Assembly: GCA_043748745.1 (NCBI GenBank)
Contig: JAYVEQ010000018.1
Coordinates: 27,022-91,021 of the forward strand
Length of the DNA: 64,000 nucleotides
Direction: 5' to 3'
From: Chitinophagaceae bacterium
GTDB lineage: Bacteria; Bacteroidota; Bacteroidia; Chitinophagales; Chitinophagaceae
In this document: positions 36,084 to 45,764 of the stretch, piece by piece
Layout: every line of letters begins with the position of its first letter
Position numbering within the stretch: the stretch's first letter is position 1
Made by a program: the position numbers and the translations under genes
The notes under the pieces: generated by a model
Seen by the model: the letters and a program-made list of their open reading frames with translations, nothing else
The model's database searches: none
Told to the model about the DNA's origin: nothing

Positions 36084-39017
36084 TTAATATCCGAATATCT
36101 CATCCAGGCTTAACCTTTTTACTTCTCCGTATTTTTTCATATCCTCTTCACTTAATTTTTTATCAGATGCTACAATACAGTAAGTGTATGGTTTGTTGGC
36201 TATATATGTACTGTGAAATTGTTTCAATTCATTATACCCGATCTTATCAACTGCATAGTATGTTTTTTTACGGATGTCATCAGTCAATCCTTTTTGCTGT
36301 GCAGTCAGATAATTGAAAATAATACCATCCTGTGTGATGCGTTCTGTTTCAATATCCTTTTTAATGCCGGCCCGGGCAAACTTAATATTCTCTTCCACAT
36401 CCGGTAAATCGTTCAATAATTCATTCATGGCAATGATTGATTCATTGAATTTATCAGCCTGGCAACCTACATAGGCCAATGTATAGAAAGAATCTTCTTT
36501 TTTATCGGGTTTTGCATAAAAGGCAAAGGTTGAATAAGCCAGAGCTTTAGACTCCCGGATAGTTTGAAAAACCAATGCCCCCATTCCGCCACCAAAATAA
36601 TTATTAAAGATATCGATCACCGGTTCTTTATCTGCACTGTACGTTGTTGTGTTTCTCACCCAGCGTATTTCTGATTGTACCATATTATAATCTGCAAAAA
36701 GGATCTGGTTTTTGGTTTGCACTGCATTACTGAATTTCATTTTTTCTTCGGCTGTTTTAAAAGCTGCCGGTATGCTATGCATTGTTTTTAATGTGGTTGT
36801 TAATTGCGCCAAAGGTTGCGGACCATAATAAATTATTTTATGGGAATAGCTATTTAAGTCACGTAAGGTATTTACTAATTCGGCCGCAGTTGTATTCTTT
36901 AATTCGTCGTCGCTTAATACATAATTAAAAGGATTCTTATTACCAAACCTGGCGTAAGAAACAAGACCACTCATAATAGCGCCTTTATTGGCTTTAGCAT
37001 CTGTTCTTGCTTTTGTTATTCTTGCTTTTAATAATTTCAAAGCCGCTTCATCGCCTTTACAATTTTTCAAAACGTCTTCAAACAATTTTGCGGCAGTAGC
37101 AAAATTATCCTGCAGGCCTTCAATTGTAACAGTTGTAAACTCTGCAGACGTGCTTACTGTAAAACTGCAGGCAATTTTATAAAACGCTTTGGTTATATCT
37201 TCAGCACTCATTTTATCTGTACCTAAAAATTGCAAGTATTGAGCAGCCAGGCTCAGTTTTTTATTATTCCAGGTTCCCATATCAAATCGGTAACGCAATC
37301 TGAAAATGCTGTTATCTTTATTTTGCACATACAAAATTTCAGCAGGACCTACCTTAGCTTTTTGCAGATCTTTATTATAATCAAGCCAAACAGGCTTAAC
37401 GGTTGAGGCCGGCATATTATTTACCAGTTTTACAAAATCAGATTGGGCATCCCTGTTTGTTTCTACTGGCGTGATGGGTGGCTTTTCAACTTTAATGATG
37501 CTTTTATCTTCACCTTTACGTTTTAAAATAACAACATAATTATCCTGAAAATATTTATTGGCAAAAGCCACAATATCTTTCTTGGTTAATTTTGATAATT
37601 GGTCGGTATAGGCAACCTGGTCTTTCCAGTCCAGTTCAGATGTAAAAACATCCATCAGGTCATTTGCCCTCGATCCGTAAGACTCTGTTGCCTGTATTTT
37701 ATTTTTCTTTTGGTTATTGATAATAGAAGTGATCAGGTTATCATCAAAATTTCCTTTCTTCAGATTTTCAATTTCACCCAGCATCAAAGATTTTACATCA
37801 TCCAAAGACTGTCCCAATGTTGGTCTGCCCTGCATAAACAAAACACCATAATCAATTAATGTAAATGCTGATGCTGATGCCCCTAACAGTTTTTGCTTCT
37901 TCACTAGATTCAGGTCCATTAATCCGGCTTTGCCGTTGGTTAGTATCTGTCCTACTAAATCAGCCAGCAACACATCTTTAGATTTATTACCCGGCAACCT
38001 GAAACCGATGGTTACATTTTCAGCATCGGGCCCAACTACTTCAGTTGTTATTGGTGCAGTAATGGGTTGTTCCGGGTCAAAAGTATATTTGGGGATGGGT
38101 TTATTCTGCATGTAAGAAAATGTAGCATCAATTTTTTTGATCATTTCATCAGGGTTAAAATCTCCACTCATGATAACACCCATATTGTTTGGCACATAAT
38201 ATTTATTAAAGTACTTTCTTATTTCCACCAGGCTTGGGTTCTTTAAATGCTCGATAGTACCAATGGTGGTTTGTTTGCCATAATTATTATTCTTAAACAA
38301 CTCCTCAAACAATTTTTCAAAAACCCTCCTTCCATCATTGTCCAGTCCACGGTTCTTTTCTTCATAAACTGCTTCCAGTTCAGTATGAAAAATTCTTAAT
38401 ATCGGATTCCTGAACCGTTCTCCCTGTACTTTCAGGTATTTATCAATAGCATTGGCTGGTACATCATCAGTATAAACCGTTTGTTCAAATGAAGTAAAGG
38501 CATTGGTACCCTGCGCCCCCATCGAACTCATCATTTTATCATACTCATTGGCAATGGCGTATTTTGATGCAACACCCGACACCGAATCAATACGGTGATA
38601 AATCGCTTTGCGCATTTCTGCATCTGTTGTTTTATTGTATTCTTCATACAATGCATCAATCTTATCCAGTTCCGGTTTTTCTTTGGCCCAATCCAATGAA
38701 CCGAATTTATCAGTTCCTTTAAACAACATATGCTCCAGGTAATGTGCCAGGCCTGTATGGTTTACCGGATCTGTTTTACTGCCGGCCTTTGTTGCCACAT
38801 AGCATTGTATTCTTGGGTCTTTATTGGTTGGGCTTAAAATAACCGTAAGCCCGTTTTTTAATGTATAAAATCTGGCTTTGGCCGGATCGTTGGTTACATA
38901 CTTGTAAGTGTAGCCACCGGAAGTAGCTTCTTTCCAATCGTACCTCCCGGTTTGAGCGAATGCCGTAACGGTGAAAGTAAGCAGCAATACAAATAAAATT
39001 TGTTTTAGAAAACGCAT
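36084..39017 (-). CDS. M16 family zinc peptidase (insulinase/pitrilysin-like, double-unit)
   Basis: Signal peptide and inverted zinc motif HYLEHMLFKG (HxxEH). The 977-aa length is consistent with four M16 half-domains. Confidence 0.85.
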   Translation of the reverse strand: MRFLKQILFVLLLTFTVTAFAQTGRYDWKEATSGGYTYKYVTNDPAKARFYTLKNGLTVILSPTNKDPRIQCYVATKAGSKTDPVNHTGLAHYLEHMLFKGTDKFGSLDWAKEKPELDKIDALYEEYNKTTDAEMRKAIYHRIDSVSGVASKYAIANEYDKMMSSMGAQGTNAFTSFEQTVYTDDVPANAIDKYLKVQGERFRNPILRIFHTELEAVYEEKNRGLDNDGRRVFEKLFEELFKNNNYGKQTTIGTIEHLKNPSLVEIRKYFNKYYVPNNMGVIMSGDFNPDEMIKKIDATFSYMQNKPIPKYTFDPEQPITAPITTEVVGPDAENVTIGFRLPGNKSKDVLLADLVGQILTNGKAGLMDLNLVKKQKLLGASASAFTLIDYGVLFMQGRPTLGQSLDDVKSLMLGEIENLKKGNFDDNLITSIINNQKKNKIQATESYGSRANDLMDVFTSELDWKDQVAYTDQLSKLTKKDIVAFANKYFQDNYVVILKRKGEDKSIIKVEKPPITPVETNRDAQSDFVKLVNNMPASTVKPVWLDYNKDLQKAKVGPAEILYVQNKDNSIFRLRYRFDMGTWNNKKLSLAAQYLQFLGTDKMSAEDITKAFYKIACSFTVSTSAEFTTVTIEGLQDNFATAAKLFEDVLKNCKGDEAALKLLKARITKARTDAKANKGAIMSGLVSYARFGNKNPFNYVLSDDELKNTTAAELVNTLRDLNSYSHKIIYYGPQPLAQLTTTLKTMHSIPAAFKTAEEKMKFSNAVQTKNQILFADYNMVQSEIRWVRNTTTYSADKEPVIDIFNNYFGGGMGALVFQTIRESKALAYSTFAFYAKPDKKEDSFYTLAYVGCQADKFNESIIAMNELLNDLPDVEENIKFARAGIKKDIETERITQDGIIFNYLTAQQKGLTDDIRKKTYYAVDKIGYNELKQFHSTYIANKPYTYCIVASDKKLSEEDMKKYGEVKRLSLDEIFGY

Positions 39018-39100
39018 AAAATAAGTTTTAGTAATTTAAGGAGACTCTAAAGTAATGATTCTGATCTTTAAATTTATACCGTTCGCAATATTATTAACTT

Positions 39101-39108
39101 TACTTTTG
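39101..39108 (+). promoter_or_regulatory. candidate Bacteroidota -7 box (TAnnTTTG)
   Basis: TACTTTTG, 21 nt upstream of the ATG at 39129. Confidence 0.3.
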
Positions 39109-39128
39109 AAAAAATTAACCCCAGTTTT

Positions 39129-40070
39129 ATGAAACGTGTATTTAAGTTTTTGGTCCGTACAATTATTGTTTTATTTGTGCTGATAAACTTAATAGTGGCA
39201 TTTCATGCCTATAAGTTTACCCACTTTTATAATACAGGAGAATTGTTCATAAAAAACCCAGCAGAAAAAACGGGATGGGATAAAACCAAAGAAGTACTGT
39301 TTGGCATCAATGCCGCAAAACAAAAAAATACAATTACCGCCGATTCAGCTTTTCAAATTATTTATTTAAAAACAAAAGACAGTTTGAAACTGGAAGCCTG
39401 GTATATTCCAGTTGACAGTGCACTGGGAACCGTTTGTCTTTTTCATGGACATGGTGGAACAAAATCGGGAGTTTTTAAAGAGTCGGAAGAGTTCCGGAAA
39501 ATGAAGTACAATACTTTATTGCTCGATTTCAGGGCTCATGGCAACAGCGAAGGCAATACCTGTACCATTGGCTATAATGAAACTGAAGATGTTAAACTGG
39601 CTTATGATTATATAAAGAACAAAAATGAAAAAAATATTGTGTTGTGGGGAATATCGATGGGCGCATCTACCGTTACCAAAGCAGTAAAGGATTATCAGTT
39701 ACAACCACAGAAAGTAATTCTGGAAATGCCTTTTGGTACCATTGAAGATGCAGTAAAAGGCCGCATTAAAATGATGGGACTGCCCCCGCAACCCATTGCC
39801 ACATTGCTAACTTTCTGGGGCGGAGCCGAACATGGTTTTTGGGCATTTGATATGAAGCCCGAAGAGTTTGCCAGAAGTTTGAGTTGCCCCGTATTACTGC
39901 AGTGGGGAAAAAATGACCCCAGAGTGAGCAAGACCGAAGAAGATATTTTGTTTAATAATATTGCAAGCACCAATAAAAAATTTGTACAGTACGAAAGTTG
40001 CGGCCACGAAAGTCTTTGTAAAAAAGAAACTGAAAAGTGGGACAGGGAAGTTGATGCTTTTTTAAAATGA
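39129..40070 (+). CDS. alpha/beta hydrolase with N-terminal membrane anchor
   Basis: Nucleophile elbow GISMGA and HG oxyanion motif LFHGHGG. A C-terminal His context (CGHES) is present. Confidence 0.75.
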   Translation: MKRVFKFLVRTIIVLFVLINLIVAFHAYKFTHFYNTGELFIKNPAEKTGWDKTKEVLFGINAAKQKNTITADSAFQIIYLKTKDSLKLEAWYIPVDSALGTVCLFHGHGGTKSGVFKESEEFRKMKYNTLLLDFRAHGNSEGNTCTIGYNETEDVKLAYDYIKNKNEKNIVLWGISMGASTVTKAVKDYQLQPQKVILEMPFGTIEDAVKGRIKMMGLPPQPIATLLTFWGGAEHGFWAFDMKPEEFARSLSCPVLLQWGKNDPRVSKTEEDILFNNIASTNKKFVQYESCGHESLCKKETEKWDREVDAFLK

Positions 40071-41299
40071 ACCATCCGAAAAATATAGCTATACTGGATT
40101 ATACATATGATCTGCCTGATGGCAGAATCGCCCTGCACCCATTAGCAGAAAGGGATGATTCCAAACTCCTGATCTGTAAAGATGGTAGAATTCAACAGGA
40201 TATTTATAGGCATATAGCTAATTACCTGCCTGCAGACAGTTTACTCATTTTTAATAACACCAAGGTAATAAAAGCGAGGATCCGTTTTAAAAAAAACAGT
40301 AGTGGCGTTATTGAAATTTTTTGTTTAGAACCTTATGAAACGAACAATGAGTACAGCTCTGTGATGAATAAAAAAAGTACTGTTAAGTGGAAGTGTATGA
40401 TAGGCGGAGCAAGTAAATGGAAAGAAGGGGAATTAGTTATGGCTTATGAGTTTGGAATTATAAGTTTGGAACTCAGAGCAAAATTAATTGAGAAACTTTC
40501 TGATGCTTATGTGGTTGAATTTTCCTGGAGCCCGGCTGATTTAAGTTTTGCTGAAGTACTGGAACATGCCGGCGACATTCCGTTGCCTCCGTATATAAAA
40601 AGAAAGACAGAAGCTGAAGATACCGAACGCTATCAAACCATTTATGCAGCAGATGAAGGATCGGTAGCTGCCCCAACAGCCGGCCTGCATTTTACTGAAG
40701 AGATTTTTAACAGCCTGGCAAAAAAAAATATACAAACCGCTTTTGTAACACTGCATGTGGGAGCAGGAACTTTTAAACCGGTAAAAGCAGCAATCATGCA
40801 GGATCATGAAATGCATGCAGAATGGATTGATGTTAGTGTTGCTATGATTGAAGATCTTATTGGTCAGCTTAATAAAACAATTGTTGCTGTTGGTACAACA
40901 TCTTTAAGAACGTTGGAAAGCCTTTACTGGATGGGCGTTAAAACCTATCTTCAGCCCGATATAAAACAACTGCAGCTTAACCAGTGGGAAGTTTATGAAG
41001 AGCCGTTGGTAAATTGTAATATTCCGGTTACAGCGGCACTATCATCATTATTAAACTGGTTGAAAGAAAATGATCGTCAAAGATTATTTACCCAATCTCA
41101 AATATTGATTGCCCCCGGTTATACTTTTAAAATAGCTAATGCCATCATTACCAATTTTCATCAGCCCCAATCAACATTATTGTTATTGGTTGCTGCCGCA
41201 ACAGGCGAAAACTGGAGGAAGATTTATGGGTATGCCTTAAAAAATGATTTTCGTTTTTTGAGTTATGGCGATGGCAGCCTCCTGTTCATCAATAAATAA
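40067..41299 (+). CDS. queA: S-adenosylmethionine:tRNA ribosyltransferase-isomerase
   Basis: DYTYDLPDGRIALHPLAERDDSKLL, PPYIKR, AAPTAGLHFT, HVGAGTF, TNFHQPQSTLLLLV, FLSYGD. ATGA overlap with the upstream gene. Confidence 0.93.
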   Translation: MNHPKNIAILDYTYDLPDGRIALHPLAERDDSKLLICKDGRIQQDIYRHIANYLPADSLLIFNNTKVIKARIRFKKNSSGVIEIFCLEPYETNNEYSSVMNKKSTVKWKCMIGGASKWKEGELVMAYEFGIISLELRAKLIEKLSDAYVVEFSWSPADLSFAEVLEHAGDIPLPPYIKRKTEAEDTERYQTIYAADEGSVAAPTAGLHFTEEIFNSLAKKNIQTAFVTLHVGAGTFKPVKAAIMQDHEMHAEWIDVSVAMIEDLIGQLNKTIVAVGTTSLRTLESLYWMGVKTYLQPDIKQLQLNQWEVYEEPLVNCNIPVTAALSSLLNWLKENDRQRLFTQSQILIAPGYTFKIANAIITNFHQPQSTLLLLVAAATGENWRKIYGYALKNDFRFLSYGDGSLLFINK

Positions 41300-41357
41300 T
41301 ATCTGCAAATAGTTTTGTCTACCCTAATTTTATAAAAATTATTATTCCAATTTTTAT

Positions 41358-42131
41358 ATGGCACTTAAAAAAATCATAAGATCTCTGTTTAATAATACCG
41401 GCATTTATATTGGCAAGAGACCAACCTTTAAAGGCAAAGCAAATTTCAGTATTGATGGATTGCATTACGGGTTTTCTTTTCCATCGGCTAATTATGCGCC
41501 CTGGCAGGGTGATGTTGCCTTTATGCATATTTACAACCAGATAAAAGATAATACCCTTGTTGATATTTACCGCTGTTATGAATTATGGCAACTGGTAAAT
41601 AAAATGTTTTCGTTGAATCAGCATGCTGCAATCCTGGAAGTTGGTGTCTGGCGTGGCGGAACAGCCGGTATTATGGCTCAGCAATTAGCTGATTTAAAAA
41701 GTACAGCAACCTTATACCTGGCCGATACTTTTGCCGGGGTGGCAAAAGCCGGTTTAAACGATAGTTTTTATACAGGTGGCGAACACAGCGATACAAGCCA
41801 GCAAATTGTAGAAGACGTTTTAAAAAACAAAAGTCATTATCAGCATTACAAAATCTTAAAAGGAATTTTCCCGGACGATACGGCGCATGAAATTTCTGCA
41901 ACTGAACAATTTGGTCTTTGCCATATAGATGTTGATGTTTACGACTCAGCTAAAGATATATTAGAATGGGTTTGGGATAAACTTATCCCGGGCGGCGTGG
42001 TGGTATTTGACGATTATGGATTTCATAGCTGTACTGGTGTAACAAAACTGGTTGAAGAATACCGACAGCTGCCAGACAGGCAGATCATACATAACCTGAA
42101 TGGCCATGCTATTATGATCAAACTTAACTAA
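41358..42131 (+). CDS. TylF/MycF-like class I SAM-dependent methyltransferase
   Basis: ILEVGVWRGGTAG (SAM-binding glycine-rich loop), HIDVDVYDS, GGVVVFDDYG. Confidence 0.65.
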   Translation: MALKKIIRSLFNNTGIYIGKRPTFKGKANFSIDGLHYGFSFPSANYAPWQGDVAFMHIYNQIKDNTLVDIYRCYELWQLVNKMFSLNQHAAILEVGVWRGGTAGIMAQQLADLKSTATLYLADTFAGVAKAGLNDSFYTGGEHSDTSQQIVEDVLKNKSHYQHYKILKGIFPDDTAHEISATEQFGLCHIDVDVYDSAKDILEWVWDKLIPGGVVVFDDYGFHSCTGVTKLVEEYRQLPDRQIIHNLNGHAIMIKLN

Positions 42132-42136
42132 AAAAA

Positions 42137-42730
42137 TTACTGCTGAATGGTAACCGGTGTGCCAACGGGTATGTAACTAAAGAGGTCTTTCATCTCGGTA
42201 TATTTTACAGAAACACAACCATCGGTCCAGTTATAAAAATTATCTACTGTCCATTCTTCCTGTGGCCTGGTAGCATGGATAGCAATGCCATTACCTATTT
42301 TAGCATTCCTGGGCAATATGCCTTTTGATTTTCTTTCATTAAATTTTTGAATACTCATATCATTGGGGTAATTCAATAATAACTCCGGGCCCCATTGCGG
42401 ATGAATTTTTTTAAGCACAACTTTAAAACTTCCATCAGGTGTTCTTTTATCGCCTTCCTTCATTTTATCGCTCAGGTCTTTACTGCCAAAAACAATAGGA
42501 TAGGTTGCATACCATCCCTCATCGTCATATACTTTTAATTCGTAATCACTTTTATCAATAATGATGTAGTATGGATTTTCCATGTTTTCAGAAACAACAG
42601 TCTGCACCACTTTTACAGATGATGATTTTTTTGAAGCTGCTCTTTTTTTCTTTTTAACCGGAGGTGTAAAAGATAATAAAGCAATACCGGTAAATAAAAT
42701 GCTGTATTGAAAAACCCGGTTAAATTTCAT
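42137..42730 (-). CDS. L,D-transpeptidase (YkuD) family protein
   Basis: IAIHATRPQ...NWTDGCVSV (His...Cys catalytic motif). Start chosen at MKFNRVF (42730), which gives a signal peptide. The ORF-track extension to 42877 looks non-coding. Confidence 0.8.
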   Translation of the reverse strand: MKFNRVFQYSILFTGIALLSFTPPVKKKKRAASKKSSSVKVVQTVVSENMENPYYIIIDKSDYELKVYDDEGWYATYPIVFGSKDLSDKMKEGDKRTPDGSFKVVLKKIHPQWGPELLLNYPNDMSIQKFNERKSKGILPRNAKIGNGIAIHATRPQEEWTVDNFYNWTDGCVSVKYTEMKDLFSYIPVGTPVTIQQ

Positions 42731-42831
42731 ATACTGAATAATTTCCCTTTTAACGTCAAACGACGTGCCACGTAAAAATATTTTATTCCACCGAATAACA
42801 TTAACAAAAAATAAGCAATGTGGAAAAAAAA

Positions 42832-42849
42832 TTCCGGCCAAGGCCGGAA
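42832..42849 (-). terminator. Rho-independent terminator after the OMP gene
   Basis: ttccggccaaggccggaa palindrome. On the minus strand it is followed by a T-run. Confidence 0.7.
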
Positions 42850-42922
42850 GTCGCATCATAAACTCACCCCTCACCAACTTTGGTAAAACCGCTGTGGGTA
42901 AAGGATTGAGTGAGAGAGTAAT

Positions 42923-43798
42923 TTACCAATTACTAAACCTCAGGCCAAAATTATAAGGCCTCAGATCCAGGCTTTTTTCATACATCGATTTAGGGCTGTA
43001 AGAACCATAAACCCGAAACTGGCCAATACCAAATTCTGCTACATATGATAATTTAAACCGCTCTAAATTATAATCTCCTTTATTTTTCCATTTCCCCCTT
43101 TCGCTGCTTTTTTGTTTATTGCGCTGACTGTATAGATAACCACCACTTATACCCAAGCTGAGACTTACAGCCTTTTTCCTGTTATCCGGGTTGGAAGTAA
43201 AATTCAACATTAATGGAACAGTTAAGTAATCGGCTGCCAGTTTGTTTTTTGAAAATGAGATGGAATCTCTGAATATAAAAGGTGAATTGGTTTGCAGCCC
43301 GGTACTATACGGAATTACACCACCCTCTTTATAACTTAAGGTTGTAGTAGATTTGTACCGGTAGTTATTTAACTCTATTCCCAAACCATATTTTAAGTTT
43401 ACATAATGCTTAACCAGGTTAAGCTTTTGCATAAAAAGCCAGATGTTAACATTAACGCTTTTGCCGGTCCTGAGTTTAAAATCACTCCTACTTAATGCAG
43501 GATAACCAGGCCGGTTAACTAAGTATGAACCTGTACTGCTGTAATTTGTTTTGTCATCGTAATTTGAAAATCCAAGATCAAGTATCCACCAGTTTGTACT
43601 GATATTAGAAACTTTTTTCGGCAGATGCTCTTTTTCCATATGAGCTTTCCTGTTTTTTTTACTGATCCATCCTTTTTTTACGATGATCATTCCACCAATA
43701 CGGATAGTGTCACTCTTTTTCCCTTCATCCTGTGCCGATACAGTTAAGCAAATAATTGCCATTGCTAAAAGTAGTGTTAGCCTTTTCATCTGATTCAA
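42923..43798 (-). CDS. outer-membrane beta-barrel protein (porin-family-like)
   Basis: Signal peptide ending SAQ, alternating strands, and a C-terminal aromatic residue (..GLRFSNW). Confidence 0.6.
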   Translation of the reverse strand: MNQMKRLTLLLAMAIICLTVSAQDEGKKSDTIRIGGMIIVKKGWISKKNRKAHMEKEHLPKKVSNISTNWWILDLGFSNYDDKTNYSSTGSYLVNRPGYPALSRSDFKLRTGKSVNVNIWLFMQKLNLVKHYVNLKYGLGIELNNYRYKSTTTLSYKEGGVIPYSTGLQTNSPFIFRDSISFSKNKLAADYLTVPLMLNFTSNPDNRKKAVSLSLGISGGYLYSQRNKQKSSERGKWKNKGDYNLERFKLSYVAEFGIGQFRVYGSYSPKSMYEKSLDLRPYNFGLRFSNW

Positions 43799-43808
43799 TT
43801 TTTAATGA

Positions 43809-44996
43809 TTATTTTAATGCGATCTCAAATCCGGCCACTTTTAATCCATCGCCGGTTTTTATGTTAGTGGTACGCTCTACCATTCTTTTTGCTTTGCGTA
43901 AAAATCCGCCAAACATTGTTCGTTTTCCTTTTCCGTCATCCAGATCCATATAGCAGTTATTTCCATCAGCAGTTGTTTTATTAACTACCTGCATGGCAGT
44001 ATTTGTATTAGGGTTTCTATTACCTCTATTTATATTGTCATTTACAGAATTGGTTTTTACAATACCATTATTGGCTCCCGAAATATTTGTATTAATACTG
44101 TTTTCTGGTATTACGTTGGTACGTACAATTTCGTTACTCTCTTTCCTGTTAATATTTTCAAAATATGGTTTATCCGGCCGTGCCGGTAAGGGTGGGGGTA
44201 AATTATTGCCGGGTTTATTGTTGTTGCCTTTTATTGCAATATTATCTTTTTGTTCAGATGTGTTTTCATTATTTATTTTTTTAAATGGCTGTACATAATT
44301 TTGTGCCGGTTGCACCGATTGATTTTTTTGAGCTAAAGCAGTTGTATTATTCTGCACAGCAGTATTTTCTTTTGCAGGAGGTTCAATTATATTTTTACTC
44401 TCCTGAATTATTGTAGTTTTTTCTCCTGAATTTATTTTATTGTTATTTGCAATAGGCTCCGTTGCCGGTGTTTTTTTAAAATTATTTTTATAAACTGATA
44501 CTCCGGTCCAAAGTGCAATCCCCAACAAAACTGCAGCCGCTGCGACCCTCCACCATTTAAAGCCAACTACTTTACCTCCTGTTGTTCTGTACAGAGATTG
44601 TTTATCAGCAAATACAATTGATACATCCGGCTGTATTTTTGTTTGCTGTAAAATCTGCCATTCGGCAAGTGCAGCTCTATCTGTTGCCAATAAAGTCTCT
44701 ACTGCTTTTTTTTCAATTGATATTAATTCATCATCGGCATATAATAAAAGACTTTCCTGCAAAGAGGAAATATCTTCTTCCATATACAACCAACCCTTTT
44801 TCTCTAAAACAATATCATCTGCTTTTAAAACAGTTTGCTGTAATAACTGTAACTCTCTCTGCAGATCAGGGTTTTCCTGCACAAATATGTTAACAATTTT
44901 TCTTTCTGTAACAGACAATTCATTATCTACATACAGTAAAAAAAACGTTTCGTAATTATGTCGGTTTATATTCATTTTTTGTTGTTTGTTGTTCAC
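43809..44996 (-). CDS. anti-sigma-factor-like membrane protein with duplicated N-module and Asn-rich periplasmic region
   Basis: Lies immediately downstream of the ECF sigma gene. It has two similar N-terminal modules and one TM segment (WWRVAAAAVLLGIALWTGVSVY). The ATG at 44975 (MNINRH) is a more likely start than the GTG at 44996. Confidence 0.6.
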   Translation of the reverse strand: MNNKQQKMNINRHNYETFFLLYVDNELSVTERKIVNIFVQENPDLQRELQLLQQTVLKADDIVLEKKGWLYMEEDISSLQESLLLYADDELISIEKKAVETLLATDRAALAEWQILQQTKIQPDVSIVFADKQSLYRTTGGKVVGFKWWRVAAAAVLLGIALWTGVSVYKNNFKKTPATEPIANNNKINSGEKTTIIQESKNIIEPPAKENTAVQNNTTALAQKNQSVQPAQNYVQPFKKINNENTSEQKDNIAIKGNNNKPGNNLPPPLPARPDKPYFENINRKESNEIVRTNVIPENSINTNISGANNGIVKTNSVNDNINRGNRNPNTNTAMQVVNKTTADGNNCYMDLDDGKGKRTMFGGFLRKAKRMVERTTNIKTGDGLKVAGFEIALK

Positions 44997-45044
44997 TGTT
45001 CGTAAGCCTTTTTACCCGGCCAACGTTCAATGATCAGTGGCCAA

Positions 45045-45530
45045 CTATATTACATTTTCAACTTTAACAATATACTCCCGCAATTGCAGTCTTGCCCTGT
45101 GTAAATAAACTTTTACCTGGCTTTCATTCAACCCGGTTATTTGTCCAATCTCCTCATAACTATAACCCTCATAATCTTTTAATAAAACAAGGCTCCTTTG
45201 TTTTTCCCCCAATTTACACAAGGCCTCATTTAATATTCTTTTTGTATCATGCTTATGGCCTAAAGTTCCATTGGCATTTTCATTAAACTCCTCTCTTAAA
45301 CTGATGCGTTTATTTTTCCGGATATGGTCTATCATCTGGTGATAAGCCACGGTAAACAGGTAACTCCTGCAACGTTCATTCTCAACCTGTCCCCTGTTTA
45401 TCCATAGTTTTTCAAATGCCCCCTGCACTACATCTTTTGCGTCCTCCATATGCCTCAGGTTTTTGAGGATAAAGCGGTACACATTGTCTGCATACAGGTT
45501 TACGCATTCATTATATTCTCTCTCCGTCAT
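45045..45530 (-). CDS. ECF-type RNA polymerase sigma-70 factor
   Basis: Region 2 (DVVQGAFEKLW...YLFTVAYHQMIDHIR) and region 4 HTH (SYEEIGQITGLNESQVKVYLHRARLQLRE). Confidence 0.85.
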   Translation of the reverse strand: MTEREYNECVNLYADNVYRFILKNLRHMEDAKDVVQGAFEKLWINRGQVENERCRSYLFTVAYHQMIDHIRKNKRISLREEFNENANGTLGHKHDTKRILNEALCKLGEKQRSLVLLKDYEGYSYEEIGQITGLNESQVKVYLHRARLQLREYIVKVENVI

Positions 45531-45631
45531 ACAGTTTTTTGGGGGTTAAAGCAGTCCCAATATGGTTGTTTAAAGTATAATACGAAGTTGGAGAATAAAA
45601 TGTTACAGGCGAAACGAAAAAAGTTAATTCT

Positions 45632-45735
45632 TACCTCACCTTATCTAACTACGTTCCCAATCCTCGCTTTTACCCCGTTGCTTCTCCTTAACGAGCAACT
45701 GCAAGGTTAAGATCGCAGGTCGTTAGGGTGAGGTA
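45632..45735. repeat. 104-nt inverted-repeat-bounded structured element
   Basis: tacctcacc (45632-40) / ggtgaggta (45727-35), plus ctaac (45645-49) / gttag (45722-26). Inner hairpin gttgct (45677-82) / agcaac (45694-99). Confidence 0.45.
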
Positions 45736-45742
45736 TTTCCCT

Positions 45743-45750
45743 TAAATTTG
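45743..45750 (+). promoter_or_regulatory. candidate Bacteroidota -7 box (TAnnTTTG)
   Basis: TAAATTTG, 15-21 nt upstream of the kbl start codons at 45765/45771. Confidence 0.35.
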
Positions 45751-45764
45751 CCCCATATCAACTT

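Noticed and set aside
42731-42877. 49-codon N-terminal extension of the L,D-transpeptidase ORF (MVRGEFMMRLPALAG...).
   Set aside because: The extension covers the upstream gene's terminator hairpin (42832-42849). The internal ATG at 42730 gives a normal signal peptide.
45632-45735. Possible glycine riboswitch upstream of kbl; the minus strand contains aaggagaagcaac, reminiscent of the GAAGGAGCAAC core.
   Set aside because: It is on the wrong strand for kbl. There are no GGAGAG/CUCUC P1 elements and no second aptamer, so the similarity is limited to one short string.
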